This document shows, one piece after another, positions 1 to 11,467 of a DNA stretch of 64,000 bases. Source of the stretch: Auanema rhodensis (Eukaryota > Animalia > Nematoda); assembly GCA_964057225.1 (NCBI GenBank), contig OZ059897.1, positions 9,982,001 through 10,046,000 on the forward strand, given 5' to 3'. The stretch's first letter is position 1, and each line of letters opens with the position of its first letter. The notes below the pieces were generated by a model. The model worked only from the letters and a program-made list of their open reading frames with translations. It made no database searches and was not told the DNA's origin. A program made the translations under genes and the position numbers.

Positions 1-1543
1 GCCTTCTCGGTTTCTCTCTCTTTTCTCCCTCTTTCTTGCTTTCTCTCTCTCTCTCTCTATCTTCCTTGTATCTATTAACCATGAACAAACTTCATACAAC
101 TTCATACAACTTCAACAGAAGAGTCTCCTTTTTTCTTTATTCGTTTATATCGTGACCTAAAAAGGAAAAAAAAGAATAATACAACATGATGGCTGAAAAG
201 GAACAAATTTTATCCTATTTTGTATTTTCTTTTCATGAAAACAATCATTTATATCTGCATTAAGTCTATGACTTCTTTTGAATTTTTATAGATTCACGCT
301 TTTCTTGGCTTAAATGTATTATATCAAGACAGATAAAGAATTTCGAATGAGAGGTTGGAATTTCAAGGGGGTAAAGTGGATTGACGAGGAGTGGTGGGGA
401 GAAGGGTGGTGATGAAGGAGGGGGGTCAGTTAGAGAGAGGGGTGAATGAGCAAGGAGAATGATTGCTGATGTCTATAATTCTGTAGATTGTTTGTAGATC
501 ATTGAAAACTCTCACCGAGCCGCCTCAAATGTGCACGTTCGCTCAACAAAAAGCGAGTGCGAAAGAGCTTGTGAAAGAACGAACGATTACTATTGAAGAG
601 CCGAGAAAACGATAGACTATTGGTCATTGTACAGTTTTATGAAGAAAGAAATGTGAGGAAGTACGCATCTTAAATCTGAAGAAAAGGTGAAAATGAATGA
701 GAAGAGGACAAAACAGAAGTGCTTCGTCAAAACGCTTCTTCCAAACTTCTTTTTCTTCTCTTGAGCTCAGTCTTTTCTCGCCTCTTAACTATCTTTGGTT
801 GGTTACTTGCTTGGTCATCGTTAACGAAGAGACAAAGGGAGAGAAAAAGAGAGAGAGAATAACTTGTTCATTTCAAACAAATAGAAATAGGGCTATTTGA
901 ACATTAGAACGTTGGAAGAAAAAGACAAAAAACCTCTGTAGGTAAACTACCACGAGTTATTCCTTTCTTTCTCAATAGTAAATTCCTCATAATCAATTGA
1001 AGAATAAAGATTCTTTATTTGAATACTACTTCAGCGAATATCCAGCTTTGTCATCTGTTTCCTCATGGGATCACTCGTATGCACATTAAGATTTTACCAT
1101 AAAGCATGACAGATGACTTGTAGAAATCTAGAGTCAGAAAGATGTTTATCTGTGATTTTCCTGACTAGAAACCCAACAAGTCCAACTAAATCTCTTTTCA
1201 TGGTGAACATTGGAAATAACTTATTCTAACAATGAAAATTAGAATAATATATATTTAGTTTCAGATTAATCTAATCATATGACGTTTATTTCATCTCGTT
1301 CGGGTTTTCTAAAAGAATAAACAAGATTTTTTTAAAAGAAACGACATCTAAAACCAGTTGTTTCAATATGGATAATAAGCTAATTGTCATTTTATCCAAA
1401 CGTACCTACAGCTAGAATTACTTAAAATCCACTTTTTCCATCTTTTATGCAAATTTTATATTAAAATTATGCTTAGGTGTTAAAGATTAACTTATGTATA
1501 AACTTGAAAACTGCTATGCAATCTGTTAAAAGTCAAATTTCAG

Positions 1544-2350
1544 TTCAACATCCACATGTCAACCACAATGCAGAAATGCAGTTCTGAATGTTTATCAAAA
1601 TAAATTAGGAAGAAACCTTTTAAGGTAAGCTATTCAACAAACTAAAACATCTCATGAACTTAATTTGCTAAAGATCGGACGCTTCCTGTATTCATGGACG
1701 TGAAGAACTTCGAACATGCAATTTCTTGCCTGCTGGAGAACAAGTACATTGCAGCTTAGCCAAGCTCGCTTGTGAAGCTGACCTTCAGGTATTTACTTAA
1801 TTTCTTAATTTCTTAACGACTGTTGGAAAACAAAATAGTTTGGTGTGATGATAGGCATTTGTGGTTTCTCAGCAAATTCATTTATCAATTATTTATGAAA
1901 ATTTTTTTGGAAAAACTGATAACGAATATAAATCTTTCTAGTGTAATTCTAAATGGGGAATTTTCTTCTCTGAATGTGAAGCTGAGACTGGACGAGGGGA
2001 ATGTTCACCAAAATGTGCAGGTTTCTTGAAAGAAGCTACAGCAACACCTCATGGACAAGCTTTTATCAACTGCACATGTACTGATAGGGATGATCAACTA
2101 TGCCACAATCTTAAGAACAACGTATTGAAAGTTTGCGAAAAAGTGAGTTACAGCAATCAGTTGTACCATTATCAACCAAACATTTTTTCAGCCAACAAGC
2201 CCATCTTCATCAGTTGATAACAATGCTATTGTCGAAAATTCAAATGATTCCATGGACCAATCTTCTGCTTCATCTTGGTCATTTGATATTCTTCTTCCAA
2301 CTTTGATGATGTGTATCTTACTATCCGCCAGCCTTTTCCTTTCTTTCTAA
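1544..2350 (+). CDS. phg-1: GAS1/GDNF-receptor-domain GPI-anchored protein (phg-1-like), last four exons; 5' part lies upstream
   Basis: Spliced exons give STCQPQCRNAVLNVYQNKLGRNLLRSDASC...CSLAKLACEADLQCNSKWGIFFSECEAE...CSPKC...FINCTCTDRDDQLC, the GAS1/GFRa cysteine pattern. A Ser-rich spacer and hydrophobic tail (WSFDILLPTLMMCILLSASLFLSF*) fit a GPI signal. TAA at 2348-2350. Confidence 0.8.
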
Positions 2351-3471
2351 TCTATTTTTCAATTGCCATAGTAGTTGCTGATTCCAAATCTTATTTCATA
2401 GAAAAAAAAAAGAAAAATTGATAAAACGACCTCATATGAAGAACTATAGGAATGTCGTTTAATCTGCCGCTTTTAACTATTTTACGAGTTTTTCAACTTG
2501 TCGAATCGATTAGCTTCTTCAGCATACTACATGTAAATATATATTTAAGCTTAAAAAGACCTCAAATACAATATCCGGTTATGTCGAAATTGGCTAGTCG
2601 TCGTTCACAGAAAAACTTAATTTTCATAATAAGCTTCGAAGAACTTTTTTTTCAAAAAAAAAAAAAAAACAAAAAAAAAGGCAACTCTTTTCAATTGCTC
2701 AATGCGGTTGTTGTTATATTAAATATTATTATATTTTATTGAAATAAACTGATAAATTATGGATTTGTTCTGTATTGTAGTTGATGATGAATCACACAAA
2801 ATTGATATTATATTACTTTTTTCCCATTTTTCCATATAAACTTGAAAGCAATTTTAATTTAAAAAGATGTATATGCATACGTTTATCACAAAAAATCATA
2901 CGAGAATAAGGAGCAGAAACATATAAAATGCCATAAAGCTTTATATTTCTATCATAAATATGTTGATGATAAGATTATTAATATTTATTTTACTAAACTT
3001 TTATGTATTTTCATACATCATTATAGGAAATTATTTAAAGAAAAAAGCGAAATAACTTCTTCGAATTAATTACGACTTCAAGTTAAAAAAAATCTTGATG
3101 ATAATGTATGTATGTGTAGGAATTATATCACTTTTTCCTTTTCCTTTCTTTTATCTCACTTTTTTTCTCTTTTTAATATATTTTTGGTCATAAGAAGCTT
3201 TTAGCCATTGAGCTGAAGATATGGTTCATATCAGTTTCTAAATACACCAAAGGAGATAAGAATCAACACCTTACCGAAATAATGCTTTCGTAACTCCTCC
3301 CACGCTGCAGTTACCTCTCTTTTAAAAAGAAAAAAAAACACTTTTTTATTCGATTTTTTTCATAATTTTTCTGGTTTTTGATGTAAATTCTTTCTTTTCT
3401 TTCTCATTTTTTTATCTCGAGAATTCTTTTTGAGGACAAATTTAACAAAAAAAAATTTTACCTTCAGAGAA

Positions 3472-4418
3472 ATGCTAAAATCACATAATTCTTCAAATAC
3501 TAATGATCAAAATTCAAACAAATTTCGTCGACGTTATGATGTAAGAATATTTATTTATATATATTTTTTGAAAATTATTTGGCTGATTAAGAATGATGAA
3601 CCCCGTGTGTGCGGTTGTGGTAAAACTAGTGACGTTGAAAGGTAAGTCTAGAGAAAATCTTTTCAGTTGAAACCACTTAATCATTATTAGGAATTGGAAA
3701 GGACCTATTAGGCATTATGAACACAAAGTTGCTTCTACTGAAAATCAAACTAATATCAACTCTCTAGGCAAAAAATCTATTTACTTCACTATTACTTGAT
3801 TGATTGTTCTAGAGCCATCAGAAAAAGCAAGAGAAATGGCTGAACGATATGGACCAGTATTGGATGTTAATGTAGTTCAAGATTTGAAATAGTGAGAAAT
3901 AATAATTTTTTTCGAAAAAAATTAAAAAAGATTTCAAGTGTATTCAAAGGCAGAAATGTTAAACAAGTCAATGAATATCGACGAAAAATGGTAGAGGATA
4001 TGTTTCATAAAGTAATTTTATATTTTCTTAAAATTTATTTATATTATAAATACTATTAGACTCGTAAATTGATTGAAGAAGCTGCTGATACATACACGCC
4101 TGAATTTTTTGTAGCAAAGGTATGTATTTCAGCATAATTACTGATAAACAGAATAAAAATTGAAGATGGAACAATCACATCCTGATGTACCTGACTGGAA
4201 GAAATTACTTTTAGCCAGAAAGAAATCACAACAAGTCTTATCTGAATATGAGAAAAATGCTTGGGTAAGAACTGCTACTACTGCTACTGCTGTCAATTAT
4301 ATTATTATCATTAAATTTTTCTTTTCAGGACGAATTTCTGAAATGGAAAAAGACCTATTCACCAAGCGTTAAACTCAATCCTGACTTTAATTATAAATTG
4401 GATCCAAAATTACATTGA
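3472..4418 (+). CDS. Uncharacterised small protein (about 195 aa, 8 exons)
   Basis: Phase-compatible exons give MLKSHNSS...PRVCGCGK...MEQSHPDVPDWKKLLLARKKSQQVLSEYEKNAWDEFLKWKKTYSPSVKLNPDFNYKLDPKLH*. One intron (3768-3812) probably has a GC donor. Confidence 0.7.
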
Positions 4419-5777
4419 AGCTTCATTAGAAATATTGTTTATTTCGGTATTATAAGGAGTTAATATATCATATCAAACATTACTTTAGGCAGTATTAATA
4501 CAATTGAAAATACATGGATTTTCAATAAATCTCTTAACATTTTTCCTTTTTTTGCATATAAAACCTTTTGTTTCCGGCATTTTTCCATGAAAAATAGTTT
4601 TTATCTGGTTTAATGACGATTGGTTTAAATTGAAAAGTTTTTTTTTAAAGATTATTCTAGAATATCAAATACAAAGAAGAAAACCTTCACGTATTTTCTA
4701 ATAAATGCTTTTTTTCCTTTTTTTTTAAATAATTACGACATCAAGTATGCTCTTATGCCAATTCAAATATGAAATGTCATTTTTTAAATTTAAAAATGAA
4801 TGAACGGTTGATAATTTGATTTCTGCTGGTTGCTATACAAAGTTAACATAGAAGGCACATTTCATTGTATTTCACGGATTAATACATGTGTTCATACATT
4901 TTTTGATTGATTATGCCACAGATAAGAAGAAGATAAAAGAAAAAATTTGGTGAAAAAAAAACTTTTTTTTTATTTTCTTTAACCATTATATCATATAGTA
5001 TATTCATTTTCATTAACTATTCTCATTTATTTCTTTTTTTTTGTAAATTAGTATTAATTAATTTATAATTATATCAATATTTCAGAAAACGATCAGTCAA
5101 AATATAGGCTTTGTAATTAGAAAATGATAATTTTTCATCAGAAATATTTAGATGATATAAAACTATATGAAGATAGATATGTAGATCTATCTCTTTTTAG
5201 AAGTATATAATGAATAAATCCCTATTCCTCTCTTTTCCTAATAGATTTTGCTTATCTGAATGTGCTGACCTATTGATATATGTTAAATATATCTTCAGAC
5301 ACCCCTTATGATTGGTTGTTAGCATAAGTCCTTTGTCTGAAATATTGTGTATGTTTACGTCAACCGTCTACGGCGACTTCATCGTCATCCCCGTAGGTTA
5401 TGTAATCGTTGAATGAGAATAAACATTAAAACTTCTTACAAAATAGGTAAATCATCTTTAGAACTATAATTGGTCGACGAGAAAGATTCAAATCATTCGT
5501 TTGTTTTTTTTTCTGTTAATTAGAATAAAGTAATATAAATTATGCAATTTATTTAATAATTAATCTAATTATAAAATATAGATTTAATATATATTAGAAG
5601 GATATTCATCATTCAATTATCAAATTTACGGACAAAAAAAATCTAATTTTTGATTTTCGAAATAAAAAAATCGAAATAAGGTCTGATTATCTCTCAAACA
5701 GACAGTACTTCCTAGTAGACTTTTAGCATCGTAATCATCATCATCATCATCATAATGTTTGCAATTATTCGGGACTA

Positions 5778-5930
5778 TCTTCTTCTTCTTCATCTTCTTC
5801 TTCTTCTTCTCTAAATTCCTTCTTCATCATCTTCATCTTCATTATCTTCTTCTCCTTCTCCTTCTTCTTCTTCTTCTTCATCTTTATCTTATTCTTCTCC
5901 TTGTCCTCTTCATCAGCATCATCTTCATCG
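5778..5930. repeat. (CTT/CAT)n trinucleotide low-complexity tract
   Basis: Visible runs of tcttct and tcatct. Confidence 0.85.
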
Positions 5931-8735
5931 TCAACGCCACAACATTTTCCCTCTCGTTGTTTCCTTCTTCTAACCTTTTCAGATTATTTCGGTAAATAAA
6001 TTTCTTTAAAGATAATACGTAAGGTGAAAGAAAGATTAGTGATGTAACACAGGCTGTGAGCTGGTCAGCAGAAGCCAAAACTCAAGTAAAGTAATTTGAC
6101 CTATCTGACCCTTGACACTTGTAATTCATAGGTCAGAATCAATTTAGAGTGATTGTAGCAAAAATGAAAATTCTAAGGAAATGACGAATTTTATGATTAT
6201 CTTTTAAAAAATATAATAGTTAATAAGGGAGACAACCTGCACTTGTAATATGGATACATGTTTTTCAAAAGCCAGACTGTCAACAAACATTAGACGAAGG
6301 GGGGGAAGAAAATAATTTTTTCAGGATAAGTACATCGGTTGTAAGAAATGTAAACTTCTTAATATGGATGTCACTTCCTATCATAAAACTGATCAAAAAC
6401 ATGGTGTATAACAGTTTTGAAATTTGAAATGCATCATACAAAAAACAAAATTCAACAGTTTTTGTCTAATTTTCCATATAGGTTCGTAAAGAAATTCATT
6501 AATTCCTATCTCATATACTAATGTACATTGAAACATAATTTAAAAGGTCATCTGAATATTGCCTTGATGTCTGAATGTGAAAAGAACTATTCGAAATCTT
6601 TTAGGAACGGTTAAGCAGAGATACATTAAACAAGATTTTTCAGGAAAAATTACGTACATTCACTTTTTTCTCATATTATTTCTATTATCTCTTTCTTTCT
6701 CTTTTAAACCGGTTCTAATTAGGAGTCTTTGAACACCTCCGTTTAACAGGCTTAAAACATTTTTCTTTTTCAAAAGAAATTGAGAGAGCATCGACCTTAA
6801 GCATTGTTGCTAATTAAATTTTACATTTTCTTTCTATAATCGCGCACATACACACAAAAAAAACCCCAATATTCACATGACATTATTATTATTTTTTAAA
6901 AATTTATTGAACAATATATATATATTCTTCTTCTTCATTCATCACTTCCTACTTTTACTTTAAAAAATTGGCGCTAATTAGTAGAAACTAAGAAACAATT
7001 CTCGAATTATCGGGCAGAAGTTCAACACTGTTCAGGTAAAGTACGTGATTGCTGCAAAATCTGGATTGAATGAACTTACATGACCCATCGTGAATTAAGT
7101 GATGGAATTAACTATATGATCTTAAAGATCAAACAATCTCCATTATTCTTAAAAAGGACTTTGAAACAGATTTATATGTTTAATAGATGTGATGAACCAA
7201 AAAAACATTTATCCGACTATCACATGTAATACTCGGAGTTGTTCGTATTATAATCTTCTTTATCTTTACTATATATATTATGTTATATATATTTAAATTA
7301 AAATTCAGTATATTATAAGAATTTTAACAGAAATGTTAATATGATATACATATCTATATTTCTATATATATACATATATATTGACTACAACTAATTTCTT
7401 CTGTATGTATATTCAGAAGAGTATTTGTTTGATTTGGTCACTATAAGTAAATACAATATCCGATTATGGCATGAAAGATTCAATACTAAAATACAGAAAT
7501 TTAGTAAAATTAGGTATATATGGAGATGAGATGAAGCAAAAAAACTGAGAATAGCTTAAGAAGTTTCATTATTTGAGATGAGCACAAAGAGAAACATATA
7601 CAAGCTTTTCTGTGATTATCAACAAAGAAAGAATATATTTCAAGAAGATATAGTCAAAGAAAGAATTTGTTTTCCAAAAAAGTAGGAAAGATGGAATGAT
7701 TTGAATGAAGTTGAAACCACTAAACCGTCAGATAAATGTAAAAACCGTACAAGGCAAGTTGGAGGATATTCACTTAGACGATCAATTATAAGTTTCAAAA
7801 ACTTTGTTTAAACTGAATTTGAAACAGTTGTATAGATACATGTCTCTCTCTATATATATATGCATTTATCAACAATAACATACAAAAAATAAATAAAACT
7901 GATATTATCTTTAACATTTGCAATTAGATTGCAAAAATGTCCTCGACAATAGTTGCTTAATTCCCGTTCTCATTCTCTCAAATTTGTATCTCTCATCTGC
8001 CGCAAATTTCGTTATTTTGGCTGAATTAACCTAATTAATCAGAAATCAAACTATTCTTATGCTATTAAGCATTTTTGAGACATTTTATCTAAAGACCTTA
8101 CAATTCGATTTTCTTTTACTTTCTTACGTGAGCGAAATAAAGGCGGAGCGAAGGTTTAGGAGGTGGAGCTTTCGTGAAGTCTTTTGAGGTGCAACAAGGT
8201 TTGGTTGTGTTGTGTGAGAGCAGAACGGACACGGGTTTCCGATATTCTCAATCCTCCTCCTCCTCCCCTCTCTGTGAAGATACCCTCCTATTCTACTTAT
8301 TCATATCATAACTGATATTATATATTCTAGAAATTACTTTTTGGTAACTCATATCATCGCCAAACTACTCGGTTACTTCTACGAATCATCATCATCATCA
8401 ATCAAGCTAGTATCAACTATATCGTACTATATTGTATGAAAAATCTTATATTGTTCATTTGAAAATTGGACTTAAAATCTAAGATATATGAAACTTGCTT
8501 AGAATAAATTCAATTATTTGAATTAACATTCCAAACAACTTAAATATTGTTATTCATCTGTAGCTTTTTTTCTCATTATTTAGCTAAAAGTTTGTGAATT
8601 TAAGTGAGTTTTACACCATTTCATACAATTCATTTCGACACATACTGTCCAAGCAGCAAATGCTTCACAGACAAACATAAAACAACAACAAAATCTTCTT
8701 TCAGGAAGAAAAATTAAAAACTTAACCGAATAACG

Positions 8736-9488
8736 ATGTACATTCCACGCATTTTCATCATCTGCATAGTTATACTATTAAACTTGAGTTCGGTTGAGGG
8801 ATCTACACAGAAACGGCCGCATCGGTACTGTGGTCAACAGCTTATCATGCATATGAGTAAGCTTTGTAAGGATTCAGGATTTTCCGGTTTCCGAAACGGG
8901 AATGTAGGTAAGATATATGGATTTTAAGGTTTTCAAATAAACGAGTCAAATCTGTACCTCTCTTGTTCTTTATAATTGGTGCGTGTGTGTGTGTGTGTGT
9001 GTGTGTGCTATCCGCTACACCTGTACATCATGTTGTATTATTGACCTGAAATCTGAGAAAAAACATAAATTTCATGAGAAAAACTGCAATTACAGTAATC
9101 TTAATCTCATGACATATCTATAATTATACTTTCTATAGAAAATTCTATTATTTTTTATTGGAAAATAGAAATTGAAACCTTTAGAAGTCATAAAATCTAG
9201 TTTTGTTCCGTGAGCATTCTCAGATAATTTCAAGAGGATCGTACGCTTTTCCCAACTAGCAGCAGCTTAACCTGAGAGAAAAGAATTTCGAAAATTTGTA
9301 AAATTTCAGAGAAGATTTCATTGTTGAAAGAATAGATTTTTTGATTTTGTTCCAATTCTGAAAGTACTTATACGTTGCTCCCTCCCTCTCTCTTTCTCTA
9401 CCTGTCTCTCCGCATTTCTCATCAAATACCTCCCTCTTTCCGCCCCTCCCCCTTCTCTCTTTATGAACTTTCACAACTTCTCTCTCTT

Positions 9489-9539
<51 letters not shown>

Positions 9540-9540
9540 T

Positions 9541-9637
<97 letters not shown>

Positions 9638-10171
9638 TTCTCTTACTTCGTATACCTACATTCCATATCTATTACTATCCACCCTCTATCTTAACTATAT
9701 AAAAAAATATTTTATATTTTAAATAATTAATAATTACAGAGAGTATTTTACAAGGAGGAGCTCCTATTAACAAGAGGGGAATTGTCTATAATTGCTGTAA
9801 GCTTGGATGCTATGACAGCTATATGCTGACATTCTGCGACAGCTGTAAGTTTGTTTGTTTATTTATTTGTTGCTTATTATTTACTTTTTTCAACTTGAAA
9901 CAACGATAAGAGCAAAATCAAGATGAAACATGACAAGCAGACAAAGTTTCTCAGAAAACTCATTTCAAATTTTTGATTTTGTGGGGGAAAATAATGGAAG
10001 AAACTGTAGAAATTATCGTCACTTGTCATGCTTCATCTGATACTGTACCACGTATATTGCATGAATTTCAATATTGTGTTGTGCATTATTTTTTAAAAGT
10101 TTTAACATGGAATTTATATTGAAAAATGGTTTTACTTGTTATAATCGTACTTAGTGCTTGTGGTTTCAGAA
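8736..10171 (+). CDS. Insulin-like peptide precursor (signal peptide, B chain, C peptide, A chain)
   Basis: Exon 8736-8907 encodes a signal peptide and B chain YCGQQLIMHMSKLC. Exon 9740-9844 encodes ESILQGGAPINKR-GIVYNCCKLGCYDSYMLTFCDS, with the A-chain pattern CCxxxCx8C. The stop is probably T(9844)+AA(10170-10171) across a GTAAGT...TTTCAG intron. Unspliced read-through would stop at 9909. Confidence 0.9.
8983..9006. repeat. (GT)n microsatellite in insulin intron 1
   Basis: gtgtgt run. Confidence 0.9.
9479..9633. repeat. (CT)n microsatellite in insulin intron 1
   Basis: Long ctctct run; it produces the spurious SLSLSL ORFs in the track. Confidence 0.95.
9917..10041. mobile_element. Possible degenerate MITE (imperfect inverted repeats of about 35-40 bp) in insulin intron 2
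   Basis: atcaagatgaaacatgacaag (from 9917) versus the reverse complement of cttgtcatgcttcatctgat (to 10041). Confidence 0.4.
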
Positions 10172-11467
10172 TTTTTTTTTGAGGAGGATCTCGTGTTCAC
10201 AATCTGCCTTTCACAACATTCGTTGGTTTTACACCTCACACACATTCAAAAAAGTATTCTTGTAAAGCATGTTCCATAGTGATTTCTGCAACACACATCA
10301 CATCATATCCATAATCACTTTCTTCTCGGTGGGCTACTCTAGTCCTTGTGCAAATTCTGAGTGTCATAATGTTTTTTTTTAATAAGGATGAATGATATTT
10401 CATTATGTACTCTATCTCTCTTTTTCTCTCTCTATATACAATGTATATCATATCATTCAAAATTGTACAAAGTCCTTTAAAAGTTTTTTTTCCATAAACG
10501 AAGAAGAGATATTTCATATTTTACTTCCAATTTTCATAATTTATTTATTTTTTTTTGCAAAAAATGAAGAAAAAAAACATCTGATTCTAAATGTTGTTGA
10601 TCAAGATTGTAAAAAAAAAACAAAAAATATCTCTTCTTAAACCATATCGGGTACTTTTTTTACCTTCCCAATTTTTTTCTGTTTCAAAGAAATATATTCA
10701 AGTAGATACTTGGAAGTTTGTAAAATAATTTTTCAGAAACAATGATTTTCATATCTTCCTTAAGAATTATAATTGGTACGGTGATTACTTCGATCTCTTC
10801 GAATATTCCTAAAAAAAGTTGGAAAAAACATATTTTTTCCCTTTTAAAGTCGTAACTTGATGTGAAATTTATAATAATTTGACCTTTTTTTTTTATTTTT
10901 TTTTCATTTAATTGTTGTCAATAAATCTTTTTGAATATAACATGATGATTATGCATTGAATACAAGAACTTTATACGGATTTGATGAAGAAGATAATGAA
11001 AAATGTCATAAAAAAAACAAATTTTTTATTTCTCATCTCTGTTTCTTGCTCAGAATCAAAGTGATGCAAAAAGTTTACAACACAAGTGGAGCTTTGAGCT
11101 GTAAGGAAGAGTCTGACAGCCGCGTTAAAGAAGATGTGATTATGAGAGGTTTCTAGAGAAAATGAGATACAAAGAGATATTAACGTCAGAAGAAAGGAAA
11201 GAAAAAGAAAATAAGAAAAGTTCTTTGCTATAATACTTCTTCTCCTCCTCCCCCGCCTTCTCATCTTGCTTTGTCTGTAAGTAAAACAGCAAAACTTCAA
11301 TATTTTCATTTATTATGTTAGACCTTTGAACTCGTTTATTGTTTCATCTCATAATTTCTTTATTACAATTTCTTTTTTTCCCTTTTTTTTCATTGTCATT
11401 GAACCATGTTATACATTGAATAATCACATGCATCTTATTACTTAATGTCGTAGACCTGACAATCAAA

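Noticed and set aside
5759-6078. Poly-Leu/Phe and acidic ORFs
   Set aside because: Trinucleotide low-complexity tract with no splice-supported gene.
9375-9722. ORFs rich in SLSLSL (also 46193-46669, 60969-61295, 63599-63832)
   Set aside because: They are translations of (CT)n/(GA)n microsatellites.
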